A DNA stretch of 64,000 nt, taken from the NCBI RefSeq assembly GCF_009914755.1, contig NC_060943.1. One strand, written 5' to 3'. The DNA is from the human T2T-CHM13v2.0 reference genome, Homo sapiens. A program made the translations under genes and the position numbers. Positions 24,021 to 38,600 of the stretch are shown here, piece by piece; the first letter of the stretch is position 1; every line of letters begins with the position of its first letter. The notes beneath the pieces are model-generated. The model made no database searches and was not told the origin of the DNA. It was given only the letters and a program-made list of their open reading frames with translations.

Positions 24021-27000
24021 ACACAGAGCAGACTTGAAACACTCTTTTTGTGGAATTTGCAAGTGGAGATTTCAGCCGCTTTGAGGTCAATGGTAGAATA
24101 GGAAATATCTTCCTATAGAAACTAGACAGAATGATTCTCAGAAACTCCTTTGTGATGTGTGCGTTCAACTCACAGAGTTTAACCTTTCTTTTCATAGAGC
24201 AGTTGGGAAACACTCTGTTTGTAAAGTCTGCAAGTGGATATTCAGACATCCTTGAGGCTTTCGTTGGAAACGGGATTTCTTCATATTCTGCTAGAAAGAA
24301 GAATTCTCAGTAACTTCCTTGTGTTGTGTGTATTCAACTCACAGAGTTGAACGATCCTTTACACAGAGCAGACTTGAAACACTCTTTTTGCGGAATTTGC
24401 AAGTGGAGATTTCAGCCGCTTTGAGGTCAATGGTAGAATAGGAAATATCTTCCTATAGAAACTAGACAGAATGATTCTCAGAAACTCCTTTGTGATGTGT
24501 GCGTTCAACTCACACAGTTTAACCTTTCTTTTCATAGAGCAGTTGGGAAACACTCTGTTTGTAAAGTCTGCAAGTGGATATTCAGACCTCCTTGAGGCCT
24601 TCGTTGGAAACGGGATTTCTTCATATTATGCTAGACAGAAGAATTCTCAGTAACTTCCTTGTGTTGTGTGTATTCAACTCACAGAGTTGAACGATCCTTT
24701 ACACAGAGCAGACTTGAAACACTCTTTTTGTGGAATTTGCAAGTGGAGATTTCAGCCGCTTTGAAGTCAATGGTAGAATAGGAAATATCTTCCTATAGAA
24801 ACTAGACAGAATGATTCTCAGAAACTCCTTTGTGATGTGTGCGTTCAACTCACACAGTTTAACCTTTCTTTTCATAGAGCAGTTAGGAAACACTCTGTTT
24901 GTAAAGTCTGCAAGTGGATATTCAGACCTCCTTGAGGCCTTCGTTGGAAACGGGATTTCTTCATATTATGCTAGACAGAAGAATTCTCAGTAACTTCCTT
25001 GTGTTGTGTGTATTCAACTCACAGAGTTGAACGATCCTTTACACACAGCAGACTTGAAACACTCTTTTTGTGGAATTTGCAAGTGGAGATTTCAGCCGCT
25101 TTGAGTTCAATGGCAGAATAGGAAATATCTTCCTATAGAAACTAGACAGAATGATTCTCAGAAACTCCTTTGTGATGTGTGCGTTCAACTCACAGAGTTC
25201 AACCTTTCTTTTCATAGAGCAGTTGGGAAACACTCTGTTTCTAAAGTCTGCAAGTGGATATTCAGACTTCTTTGAGGCCTTCGTTGGAAGCGGGATTTCT
25301 TCATGTTCTGCTAGACAGAAGAATTCTCAGAAACTTCCTTGTGTTGTGTGTTTTCAACTCACAGAGTTGAACGATCCTTTACACAGAGCAGACTTGAAAC
25401 ACTCCTTTTGTGGAATTTGGAAGTGGAGATTTCAGCCGCTTTGAGGTCAATGGTAGAATAGGAAATATCTTCCTATAGAAAGTAGACAGAATGATTCTCA
25501 GAAACTCCTTTGTGATGTGTGCGTTCAACTCACAGAGTTTAACCTTTCTTTTCATAGAGCAGTTAGGAAACACTCTGTTTGTAAAGTCTGCAAGTGGATA
25601 TTCAGACTTCTTTGAGGCCTTCGTTGGAAGCGGGATTTCTTCATATTCTGCTAGACAGAAGAATTCTCAGTAACTGCCTTGTGTTGTGTGTATTCAACTC
25701 ACAGAGTTGAACGATCCTTTACACAGAGCAGACTTGAAACACTCTTTTTGTGGAATTTGCAAGTGGAGATTTCAGCCGCTTTGAGGTCAATGGTAGAATA
25801 CGAAATATCTTCCTATAGAAACTAGACAGAATGATTCTCAGAAACTCCTTTGTGATGTGTGCGTTCAACTCACAGAGTTTACCCTTTCTTTTCATAGAGC
25901 AGTTAGGAAACACTCTGTTTGTAAAGTCTGCAAGTGGATATTCAGACATCCTTGAGGCTTTCGTTGGAAACGGGATTTCTTCATATTCTGCTACAAAGAA
26001 GAATTCTCAGTAACTTCCTTGTGTTGTGTGTATTCAACTCACAGAGTTGAACGATCCTTTACACAGAGCAGACTTGAAACACTCTTTTTGTGGAATTTGC
26101 AAGTGGAGATTTCAGCCGCTTTGAGGTCAATGGTAGAATAGGAAATATCTTCCTATAGAAACTAGACAGAATGATTCTCAGAAACTCCTTTGTGATGTGC
26201 GCGTTCAACTCACAGAGTTTAACCTTTCTTTTCATAGAGCAGTTAGGAAACACTCTGTTTGTAAAGTCTGCAAGTGGATATTCAGACATCCTTGAGGCTT
26301 TCGTTGGAAACGGGATTTCTTCATATTCTGCTAGAAAGAAGAATTCTCAGTAACTTCCTTGTGTTGTGTGTATTCAACTCACAGAGTTGAACGATCCTTT
26401 ACACAGAGCAGACTTGAAACACTCTTTTTGTGGAATTTGCAAGTGGAGATTTCAGCCGCTTTGAGTTCAATGGTAGAATAGGAAATATCTTCCTATAGAA
26501 ACTAGACAGAATGATTCTCAGAAACTCCTTTGTGATGTGTGCGTTCAACTCACAGAGTTCAACCTTTCTTTTCATAGAGCAGTTGGGAAACACTCTGTTT
26601 GTAAAGTCTGCAAGTGGATATTCAGACTTCTTTGAGGCCTTCGTTGGAAGCGGGATTTCTTCATGTTCTGCTAGACAGAAGAATTCTCAGTAACTGCCTT
26701 GTGTTGTGTGTATTCAACTCACAGAGTTGAACGATCCTTTACACAGAGCAGACTTGAAACACTCCTTTTGTGGAATTTGCAAGTGGAGATTTCAGCCGCT
26801 TTGAGTTCAATGGTAGAATAGGAAATATCTTCCTATAGAAACTAGACAGAATGATTCTCAGAAACTCCTTTGTGATGTGTGCGTTCAACTCACAGAGTTT
26901 AACCTTTCTTTTCATAGCGCAGTTGGGAAACACTCTGTTTGTAAAGTCTGCAAGTGGATATTCAGACATCCTTGAGGCTTTCGTTGGAAACGGGATTTCT

Positions 27001-27099
27001 TCATATTCTGCTAGAAAGAAGAATTCTCAGTAACTTCCTTGTGTTGTGTGTATTCAACTCACAGAGTTGAACGATCCTTTACACAGAGCAGACTTGAAA

Positions 27100-30000
27100 C
27101 ACTCTTTTTGTGGAATTTGCAAGTGGAGATTTCAGCCGCTTTGAGGTCAATGGTAGAATAGGAAATATCTTCCTATAGAAACTAGACAGAATGATTCTCA
27201 GAAACTCCTTTGTGATGTGTGCGTTCAACTCACAGAGTTTAACCTTTCTTTTCATAGAGCAGTTGGGAAACACTCTGTTTGTAAAGTCTGCAAGTGGATA
27301 TTCAGACATCCTTGAGGCTTTCGTTGGAAACGGGATTTCTTCATATTCTGCTAGAAAGAAGAATTCTCAGTAATTTCCTTGTGTTGTGTGTATTCAACTC
27401 ACAGAGTTGAACGATCCTTTACACAGAGCAGACTTGAAACACTCTTCTTGCGGAATTTGCAAGTGGAGATTTCAGCCGCTTTGAGGTCAATGGTAGAATA
27501 GGAAATATCTTCCTATAGAAACTAGACAGAATGATTCTCAGAAACTCCTTTGTGATGTGTGCGTTCAACTCACACAGTTTAACCTTTCTTTTCATAGAGC
27601 AGTTGGGAAACACTCTGTTTGTAAAGTCTGCAAGTGGATATTCAGACCTCCTTGAGGCCTTCGTTGGAAACGGGATTTCTTCATATTATGCTAGACAGAA
27701 GAATTCTCAGTAACTTCCTTGTGTTGTGTGTATTCAACTCACAGAGTTGAACGATCCTTTACACAGAGCAGACTTGAAACACTCTTTTTGTGGAATTTGC
27801 AAGTGGAGATTTCAGCCGCTTTGAAGTCAATGGTAGAATAGGAAATATCTTCCTATAGAAACTAGACAGAATGATTCTCAGAAACTCCTTTGTGATGTGT
27901 GCGTTCAACTCACACAGTTTAACCTTTCTTTTCATAGAGCAGTTAGGAAACACTCTGTTTGTAAAGTCTGCAAGTGGATATTCAGACCTCCTTGAGGCCT
28001 TCGTTGGAAACGGGATTTCTACATATTATGCTAGACAGAAGAATTCTCAGTAACTTCCTTGTGTTGTGTGTATTCAACTCACAGAGTTGAACGATCCTTT
28101 ACACACAGCAGACTTGAAACACTCTTTTTGTGGAATTTGCAAGTGGAGATTTCAGCCGCTTTGAGTTCAATGGTAGAATAGGAAATATCTTCCTATAGAA
28201 ACTAGACAGAATGATTCTCAGAAACTCCTTTGTGATGTGTGCGTTCAACTCACAGAGTTCAACCTTTCTTTTCATAGAGCAGTTGGGAAACACTCTGTTT
28301 GTAAAGTCTGCAAGTGGATATTCAGACTTCTTTGAGGCCTTCGTTGGAAGCGGGATTTCTTCATGTTCTGCTAGACAGAAGAATTCTCAGAAACTTCCTT
28401 GTGTTGTGTGTTTTCAACTCACAGAGTTGAACGATCCTTTACACAGAGCAGACTTGAAACACTCCTTTTGTGGAATTTGCAAGTGGAGATTTCAGCCGCT
28501 TTGAGGTCAATGGTAGAATAGGAAATATCTTCCTATAGAAAGTAGACAGAATGATTCTCAGAAACTCCTTTGTGATGTGTGCGTTCAACTCACAGAGTTT
28601 AACCTTTCTTTTCATAGAGCAGTTAGGAAACACTCTGTTTGTAAAGTCTGCAAGTGGATATTCAGACCTCCTTGAGGCCTTCGTTGGAAACGGGATTTCT
28701 TCATATTATGCTAGACAGAAGAATTCTCAGTAACTTCCTTGTGTTGTGTGTATTCAACTCACAGAGTTGAACGATCCTTTACACAGAGCAGACTTGAAAC
28801 ACTCTTTTTGTGGAATTTGCAAGTGGAGATTTCAGCCGCTTTGAGGTCAATGGTAGAATAGGAAATATCTTCCTATAGAAACTAGACAGAATGATTCTCA
28901 GAAACTCCTTTGTGATGTGTGCGTTCAACTCACAGAGTTCAACCTTTCTTTTCATAGAGCAGTTGGAAAACACTCTGTTTGTAAAGTCTGCAAGTGGATA
29001 TTCAAACTTCTTTGAGGCCTTCGTTGGAAGCGGGATATCTTCATATTCTGCTAGACAGAAGAATTCTCAGTAACTGCCTTGTGTTGTGTGTATTCAACTC
29101 ACAGAGTTGAACGATCCTTTACACAGAGCAGACTTGAAACACTCTTTTTGTGGAATTTGCAAGTGGAGATTTCAGCCGCTTTGAGGTCAATGGTAGAATA
29201 GGAAATATCTTCCTATAGAAACTAGACAGAATGATTCTCAGAAACTCCTTTGTGATGTGTGCGTTCAACTCACAGAGTTTACCCTTTCTTTTCATAGAGC
29301 AGTTAGGAAACACTCTGTTTGTAAAGTCTGCAAGTGGATATTCAGACATCCTTGAGGCTTTCGTTGGAAACGGGATTTCTTCATATTCTGCTAGAAAGAA
29401 GAATTCTCAGTAACTTCCTTGTGTTGTGTGTATTCAACTCACAGAGTTGAACGATCCTTTACACAGAGCAGACTTGAAACACTCTTTTTGTGGAATTTGC
29501 AAGTGGAGATTTCAGCCGCTTTGAAGTCAATGGTAGAATAGGAAATATCTTCCTATAGAAACTAGACAGAATGATTCTCAGAAACTCCTTTGTGATGTGT
29601 GCGTTCAACTCACACAGTTTAACCTTTCTTTTCATAGAGCAGTTAGGAAACACTCTGTTTGTAAAGTCTGCAAGTGGATATTCAGACCTCCTTGAGGCCT
29701 TCGTTGGAAACGGGATTTCTTCATATTATGCTAGACAGAAGAATTCTCAGTAACTTCCTTGTGTTGTGTGTATTCAACTCACAGAGTTGAACGATCCTTT
29801 ACACACAGCAGACTTGAAACACTCTTTTTGTGGAATTTGCAAGTGGAGATTTCAGCCGCTTTGAGTTCAATGGTAGAATAGGAAATATCTTCCTATAGAA
29901 ACTAGACAGAATGATTCTCAGAAACTCCTTTGTGATGTGTGCGTTCAACTCACAGAGTTCAACCTTTCTTTTCATAGAGCAGTTGGGAAACACTCTGTTT

Positions 30001-33000
30001 GTAAAGTCTGCAAGTGGATATTCAGACTTCTTTGAGGCCTTCGTTGGAAGCGGGATTTCTTCATGTTCTGCTAGACAGAAGAATTCTCAGAAACTTCCTT
30101 GTGTTGTGTGTTTTCAACTCACAGAGTTGAACGATCCTTTACACAGAGCAGAGTTGAAACACTCCTTTTGTGGAATTTGCAAGTGGAGATTTCAGCCGCT
30201 TTGAGGTCAATGGTAGAATAGGAAATATCTTCCTATAGAAAGTAGACAGAATGATTCTCAGAAACTCCTTTGTGATGTGTGCGTTCAACTCACAGAGTTT
30301 AACCTTTCTTTTCATAGAGCAGTTAGGAAACACTCTGTTTGTAAAGTCTGCAAGTGGATATTCAGACCTCCTTGAGGCCTTCGTTGGAAACGGGATTTCT
30401 TCATATTATGCTAGACAGAAGAATTCTCAGTAACTTCCTTGTGTTGTGTGTATTCAACTCACAGAGTTGAACGATCCTTTACACAGAGCAGACTTGAAAC
30501 ACTCTTTTTGTGGAATTTGCAAGTGGAGATTTCAGCCGCTTTGAGTTCAATGGTAGAATAGGAAATATCTTCCTATAGAAACTAGACAGAATGATTCTCA
30601 GAAACTCCTTTGTGATGTGTGCGTTCAACTCACAGAGTTCAACCTTTCTTTTCATAGAGCAGTTGGGAAACACTCTGTTTGTAAAGTCTGCAAGTGGATA
30701 TTCAGACTTCTTTGAGGCCTTCGTTGGAAGCGGGATTTCTTCATGTTCTGCTAGACAGAAGAATTCTCAGAAACTTCCTTGTGTTGTGTGTTTTCAACTC
30801 ACAGAGTTGAACGATCCTTTACACAGAGCAGACTTGAAACACTCCTTTTGTGGAATTTGCAAGTGTAGATTTCAGCCGCTTTGAGGTCAATGGTAGAATA
30901 GGAAATATCTTCCTATAGAAAGTAGACAGAATGATTCTCAGAAACTCCTTTGTGATGTGTGCGTTCAACTCACAGCGTTTAACCTTTCTTTTCATAGAGC
31001 AGTTAGGAAACACTCTGTTTGTAAAGTCTGCAAGTGGATATTCAGACCTCCTTGAGGCCTTCGTTGGAAACGGGATTTCTTCATATTATGCTAGACAGAA
31101 GAATTCTCAGTAACTTCCTTGTGTTGTGTGTATTCAACTCACAGAGTTGAACGATCCTTTACACAGAGCAGACTTGAAACACTCTTTTTGTGGAATTTGC
31201 AAGTGGAGATTTCAGCCGCTTTGAGGTCAATGGTAGAATAGGAAATATCTTCCTATAGAAACTAGACAGAATGATTCTCAGAAACTCCTTTGTGATGTGC
31301 GCGTTCAACTCACAGAGTTTAACCTTTCTTTTCATAGAGCAGTTAGGAAACACTCTGTTTGTAAAGTCTGCAAGTGGATATTCAGACATCCTTGAGGCTT
31401 TCGTTGGAAACGGGATTTCTTCATATTCTGCTAGAAAGAAGAATTCTCAGTAACTTCCTTGTGTTGTGTGTATTCAACTCACAGAGTTGAACGATCCTTT
31501 ACACAGAGCAGACTTGAAACACTCTTTTTGTGGAATTTGCAAGTGGAGATTTCAGCCGCTTTGAGTTCAATGGTAGAATAGGAAATATCTTCCTATAGAA
31601 ACTAGACAGAATGATTCTCAGAAACTCCTTTGTGATGTGTGCGTTCAACTCACAGAGTTCAACCTTTCTTTTCATAGAGCAGTTGGGAAACACTCTGTTT
31701 GTAAAGTCTGCAAGTGGATATTCAGACTTCTTTGAGGCCTTCGTTGGAAGCGGGATTTCTTCATGTTCTGCTAGACAGAAGAATTCTCAGTAACTGCCTT
31801 GTGTTGTGTGTATTCAACTCACAGAGTTGAACGATCCTTTACACAGAGCAGACTTGAAACACTCCTTTTGTGGAATTTGCAAGTGGAGATTTCAGCCGCT
31901 TTGAGGTCAATGGTAGAATAGGAAATATCTTCCTATAGAAACTAGACAGAATGATTCTCAGAAACTCCTTTGTGATGTGTGCGTTCAACTCACAGAGTTT
32001 AACCTTTCTTTTCATAGCGCAGTTGGGAAACACTCTGTTTGTAAAGTCTGCAAGTGGATATTGAGACATCCTTGAGGCTTTCGTTGGAAACGGGATTTCT
32101 TCATATTCTGCTAGAAAGAAGAATTCTCAGTAACTTCCTTGTGTTGTGTGTATTCAACTCACAGAGTTGAACGATCCTTTACACAGAGCAGACTTGAAAC
32201 ACTCTTTTTGCGGAATTTGCAAGTGGAGATTTCAGCCGCTTTGAGGTCAATGGTAGAATAGGAAATATCTTCCTATAGAAACTAGACAGAATGATTCTCA
32301 GAAACTCCTTTGTGATGTGTGCGTTCAACTCACACAGTTTAACCTTTCTTTTCATAGAGCAGTTGGGAAACACTCTGTTTGTAAAGTCTGCAAGTGGATA
32401 TTCAGACCTCCTTGAGGCCTTCGTTGGAAACGGGATTTCTTCATATTATGCTAGACAGAAGAATTCTCAGTAACTTCCTTGTGTTGTGTGTATTCAACTC
32501 ACAGAGTTGAACGATCCTTTACACAGAGCAGACTTGAAACACTCTTTTTGTGGAATTTGCAAGTGGAGATTTCAGCCGCTTTGAGTTCAATGGTAGAATA
32601 GGAAATATCTTCCTATAGAAACTAGACAGAATGATTCTCAGAAACTCCTTTGTGATGTGTGCGTTCAACTCACAGAGTTCAACCTTTCTTTTCATAGAGC
32701 AGTTGGGAAACACTCTGTTTGTAAAGTCTGCAAGTGGATATTCAGACTTCTTTGAGGCCTTCGTTGGAAGCGGGATTTCTTCATGTTCTGCTAGACAGAA
32801 GAATTCTCAGAAACTTCCTTGTGTTGTGTGTTTTCAACTCACAGAGTTGAACGATCCTTTACACAGAGCAGACTTGAAACACTCCTTTTATGGAATTTGC
32901 AAGTGGAGATTTCAGCCGCTTTGAGGTCAATGGTAGAATAGGAAATATCTTCCTATAGAAAGTAGACAGAATGATTCTCAGAAACTCCTTTGTGATGTGT

Positions 33001-36000
33001 GCGTTCAACTCACAGAGTTTAACCTTTCTTTTCATAGAGCAGTTAGGAAACACTCTGTTTGTAAAGTCTGCAAGTGGATATTCAGACCTCCTTGAGGCCT
33101 TCGTTGGAAACGGGATTTCTTCATATTATGCTAGACAGAAGAATTCTCAGTAACTTCCTTGTGTTGTGTGTATTCAACTCACAGAGTTGAACGATCCTTT
33201 ACACAGAGCAGACTTGAAACACTCTTTTTGTGGAATTTGCAAGTGGAGATTTCAGCCGCTTTGAGGTCAATGGTAGAATAGGAAATATCTTCCTATAGAA
33301 ACTAGACAGAATGATTCTCAGAAACTCCTTTGTGATGTGTGCGTTCAACTCACAGAGTTTAACCTTTCTTTTCATAGAGCAGTTGGGAAACACTCTGTTT
33401 GTAAAGTCTGCAAGTGGATATTCAGACATCCTTGAGGCTTTCGTTGGAAACGGGATTTCTTCATATTCTGCTAGAAAGAAGAATTCTCAGTAATTTCCTT
33501 GTGTTGTGTGTATTCAACTCACAGAGTTGAACGATCCTTTACACAGAGCAGACTTGAAACACTCTTCTTGCGGAATTTGCAAGTGGAGATTTCAGCCGCT
33601 TTGAGGTCAATGGTAGAATAGGAAATATCTTCCTATAGAAACTAGACAGAATGATTCTCAGAAACTCCTTTGTGATGTGTGCGTTCAACTCACACAGTTT
33701 AACCTTTCTTTTCATAGAGCAGTTGGGAAACACTCTGTTTGTAAAGTCTGCAAGTGGATATTCAGACCTCCTTGAGGCCTTCGTTGGAAACGGGATTTCT
33801 TCATATTATGCTAGACAGAAGAATTCTCAGTAACTTCCTTGTGTTGTGTGTATTCAACTCACAGAGTTGAACGATCCTTTACACAGAGCAGACTTGAAAC
33901 ACTCTTTTTGTGGAATTTGCAAGTGGAGATTTCAGCCGCTTTGAAGTCAATGGTAGAATAGGAAATATCTTCCTATAGAAACTAGACAGAATGATTCTCA
34001 GAAACTCCTTTGTGATGTGTGCGTTCAACTCACACAGTTTAACCTTTCTTTTCATAGAGCAGTTAGGAAACACTCTGTTTGTAAAGTCTGCAAGTGGATA
34101 TTCAGACCTCCTTGAGGCCTTCGTTGGAAACGGGATTTCTTCATATTATGCTAGACAGAAGAATTCTCAGTAACTTCCTTGTGTTGTGTGTATTCAACTC
34201 ACAGAGTTGAACGATCCTTTACACACAGCAGACTTGAAACACTCTTTTTGTGGAATTTGCAAGTGGAGATTTCAGCCGCTTTGAGTTCAATGGTAGAATA
34301 GGAAATATCTTCCTATAGAAACTAGACAGAATGATTCTCAGAAACTCCTTTGTGATGTGTGCGTTCAACTCACAGAGTTCAACCTTTCTTTTCATAGAGC
34401 AGTTGGGAAACACTCTGTTTGTAAAGTCTGCAAGTGGATATTCAGACTTCTTTGAGGCCTTCGTTGGAAGCGGGATTTCTTCATGTTCTGCTAGACAGAA
34501 GAATTCTCAGAAACTTCCTTGTGTTGTGTGTTTTCAACTCACAGAGTTGAACGATCCTTTACACAGAGCAGACTTGAAACACTCCTTTTGTGGAATTTGC
34601 AAGTGGAGATTTCAGCCGCTTTGAGGTCAATGGTAGAATAGGAAATATCTTCCTATAGAAAGTAGACAGAATGATTCTCAGAAACTCCTTTGTGATGTGT
34701 GCGTTCAACTCACAGAGTTTAACCTTTCTTTTCATAGAGCAGTTAGGAAACACTCTGTTTGTAAAGTCTGCAAGTGGATATTCAGACCTCCTTGAGGCCT
34801 TCGTTGGAAACGGGATTTCTTCATATTATGCTAGACAGAAGAATTCTCAGTAACTTCCTTGTGTTGTGTGTATTCAACTCACAGAGTTGAACGATCCTTT
34901 ACACAGAGCAGACTTGAAACACTCTTTTTGTGGAATTTGCAAGTGGAGATTTCAGCCGCTTTGAGGTCAATGGTAGAATAGGAAATATCTTCCTATAGAA
35001 ACTAGACAGAATGATTCTCAGAAACTCCTTTGTGATGTGTGCGTTCAACTCACAGAGTTCAACCTTTCTTTTCATAGAGCAGTTGGAAAACACTCTGTTT
35101 GTAAAGTCTGCAAGTGGATATTCAAACTTCTTTGAGGCCTTCGTTGGAAGCGGGATATCTTCATATTCTGCTAGACAGAAGAATTCTCAGTAACTGCCTT
35201 GTGTTGTGTGTATTCAACTCACAGAGTTGAACGATCCTTTACACAGAGCAGACTTGAAACACTCTTTTTGTGGAATTTGCAAGTGGAGATTTCAGCCGCT
35301 TTGAGGTCAATGGTAGAATAGGAAATATCTTCCTATAGAAACTAGACAGAATGATTCTCAGAAACTCCTTTGTGATGTGTGCGTTCAACTCACAGAGTTT
35401 ACCCTTTCTTTTCATAGAGCAGTTAGGAAACACTCTGTTTGTAAAGTCTGCAAGTGGATATTCAGACATCCTTGAGGCTTTCGTTGGAAACGGGATTTCT
35501 TCATATTCTGCTAGAAAGAAGAATTCTCAGTAACTTCCTTGTGTTGTGTGTATTCAACTCACAGAGTTGAACGATCCTTTACACAGAGCAGACTTGAAAC
35601 ACTCTTTTTGTGGAATTTGCAAGTGGAGATTTCAGCCGCTTTGAAGTCAATGGTAGAATAGGAAATATCTTCCTATAGAAACTAGACAGAATGATTCTCA
35701 GAAACTCCTTTGTGATGTGTGCGTTCAACTCACACAGTTTAACCTTTCTTTTCATAGAGCAGTTAGGAAACACTCTGTTTGTAAAGTCTGCAAGTGGATA
35801 TTCAGACCTCCTTGAGGCCTTCGTTGGAAACGGGATTTCTTCATATTATGCTAGACAGAAGAATTCTCAGTAACTTCCTTGTGTTGTGTGTATTCAACTC
35901 ACAGAGTTGAACGATCCTTTACACACAGCAGACTTGAAACACTCTTTTTGTGGAATTTGCAAGTGGAGATTTCAGCCGCTTTGAGTTCAATGGTAGAATA

Positions 36001-38600
36001 GGAAATATCTTCCTATAGAAACTAGACAGAATGATTCTCAGAAACTCCTTTGTGATGTGTGCGTTCAACTCACAGAGTTCAACCTTTCTTTTCATAGAGC
36101 AGTTGGGAAACACTCTGTTTGTAAAGTCTGCAAGTGGATATTCAGACTTCTTTGAGGCCTTCGTTGGAAGCGGGATTTCTTCATGTTCTGCTAGACAGAA
36201 GAATTCTCAGAAACTTCCTTGTATTGTGTGTTTTCAACTCACAGAGTTGAACGATCCTTTACACAGAGCAGACTTGAAACACTCCTTTTGTGGAATTTGC
36301 AAGTGGAGATTTCAGCCGCTTTGAGGTCAATGGTAGAATAGGAAATATCTTCCTATAGAAAGTAGACAGAATGATTCTCAGAAACTCCTTTGTGATGTGT
36401 GCGTTCAACTCACAGAGTTTAACCTTTCTTTTCATAGAGCAGTTAGGAAACACTCTGTTTGTAAAGTCTGCAAGTGGATATTCAGACCTCCTTGAGGCCT
36501 TCGTTGGAAACGGGATTTCTTCATATTATGCTAGACAGAAGAATTCTCAGTAACTTCCTTGTGTTGTGTGTATTCAACTCACAGAGTTGAACGATCCTTT
36601 ACACAGAGCAGACTTGAAACACTCTTTTTGTGGAATTTGCAAGTGGAGATTTCAGCCGCTTTGAGTTCAATGGTAGAATAGGAAATATCTTCCTATAGAA
36701 ACTAGACAGAATGATTCTCAGAAACTCCTTTGTGATGTGTGCGTTCAACTCACAGAGTTCAACCTTTCTTTTCATAGAGCAGTTGGGAAACACTCTGTTT
36801 GTAAAGTCTGCAAGTGGATATTCAGACTTCTTTGAGGCCTTCGTTGGAAGCGGGATTTCTTCATGTTCTGCTAGACAGAAGAATTCTCAGAAACTTCCTT
36901 GTGTTGTGTGTTTTCAACTCACAGAGTTGAACGATCCTTTACACAGAGCAGACTTGAAACACTCCTTTTGTGGAATTTGCAAGTGGAGATTTCAGCCGCT
37001 TTGAGGTCAATGGTAGAATAGGAAATATCTTCCTATAGAAAGTAGACAGAATGATTCTCAGAAACTCCTTTGTGATGTGTGCGTTCAACTCACAGAGTTT
37101 AACCTTTCTTTTCATAGAGCAGTTAGGAAACACTCTGTTTGTAAAGTCTGCAAGTGGATATTCAGACCTCCTTGAGGCCTTCGTTGGAAACGGGATTTCT
37201 TCATATTATGCTAGACAGAAGAATTCTCAGTAACTTCCTTGTGTTGTGTGTATTCAACTCACAGAGTTGAACGATCCTTTACACAGAGCAGACTTGAAAC
37301 ACTCTTTTTGTGGAATTTGCAAGTGGAGATTTCAGCCGCTTTGAGGTCAATGGTAGAATAGGAAATATCTTCCTATAGAAACTAGACAGAATGATTCTCA
37401 GAAACTCCTTTGGGATGTGCGCGTTCAACTCACAGAGTTTAACCTTTCTTTTCATAGAGCAGTTAGGAAACACTCTGTTTGTAAAGTCTGCAAGTGGATA
37501 TTCAGACATCCTTGAGGCTTTCGTTGGAAACGGGATTTCTTCATATTCTGCTAGAAAGAAGAATTCTCAGTAACTTCCTTGTGTTGTGTGTATTCAACTC
37601 ACAGAGTTGAACGATCCTTTACACAGAGCAGACTTGAAACACTCTTTTTGTGGAATTTGCAAGTGGAGATTTCAGCCGCTTTGAGTTCAATGGTAGAATA
37701 GGAAATATCTTCCTATAGAAACTAGACAGAATGATTCTCAGAAACTCCTTTGTGATGTGTGCGTTCAACTCACAGAGTTCAACCTTTCTTTTCATAGAGC
37801 AGTTGGGAAACACTCTGTTTGTAAAGTCTGCAAGTGGATATTCAGACTTCTTTGAGGCCTTCGTTGGAAGCGGGATTTCTTCATGTTCTGCTAGACAGAA
37901 GAATTCTCAGTAACTGCCTTGTGTTGTGTGTATTCAACTCACAGAGTTGAACGATCCTTTACACAGAGCAGACTTGAAACACTCCTTTTGTGGAATTTGC
38001 AAGTGGAGATTTCAGCCGCTTTGAGGTCAATGGTAGAATAGGAAATATCTTCCTATAGAAACTAGACAGAATGATTCTCAGAAACTCCTTTGTGATGTGT
38101 GCGTTCAACTCACAGAGTTTAACCTTTCTTTTCATAGCGCAGTTGGGAAACACTCTGTTTGTAAAGTCTGCAAGTGGATATTCAGACATCCTTGAGGCTT
38201 TCGTTGGAAACGGGATTTCTTCATATTCTGCTAGAAAGAAGAATTCTCAGTAACTTCCTTGTGTTGTGTGTATTCAACTCACAGAGTTGAACGATCCTTT
38301 ACACAGAGCAGACTTGAAACACTCTTTTTGCGGAATTTGCAAGTGGAGATTTCAGCCGCTTTGAGGTCAATGGTAGAATAGGAAATATCTTCCTATAGAA
38401 ACTAGACAGAATGATTCTCAGAAACTCCTTTGTGATGTGTGCGTTCAACTCACACAGTTTAACCTTTCTTTTCATAGAGCAGTTGGGAAACACTCTGTTT
38501 GTAAAGTCTGCAAGTGGATATTCAGACCTCCTTGAGGCCTTCGTTGGAAACGGGATTTCTTCATATTATGCTAGACAGAAGAATTCTCAGTAACTACCTT
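27100..38600 (+). repeat. Near-tandem duplication, offset 6120 bp (18 dimers); boundaries approximate
   Basis: TAATTTCC at 27374/33494; TTCAAAC at 29005/35125; GGATATC at 29037/35157; same order of dimer types over 16 dimers. Confidence 0.8.
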
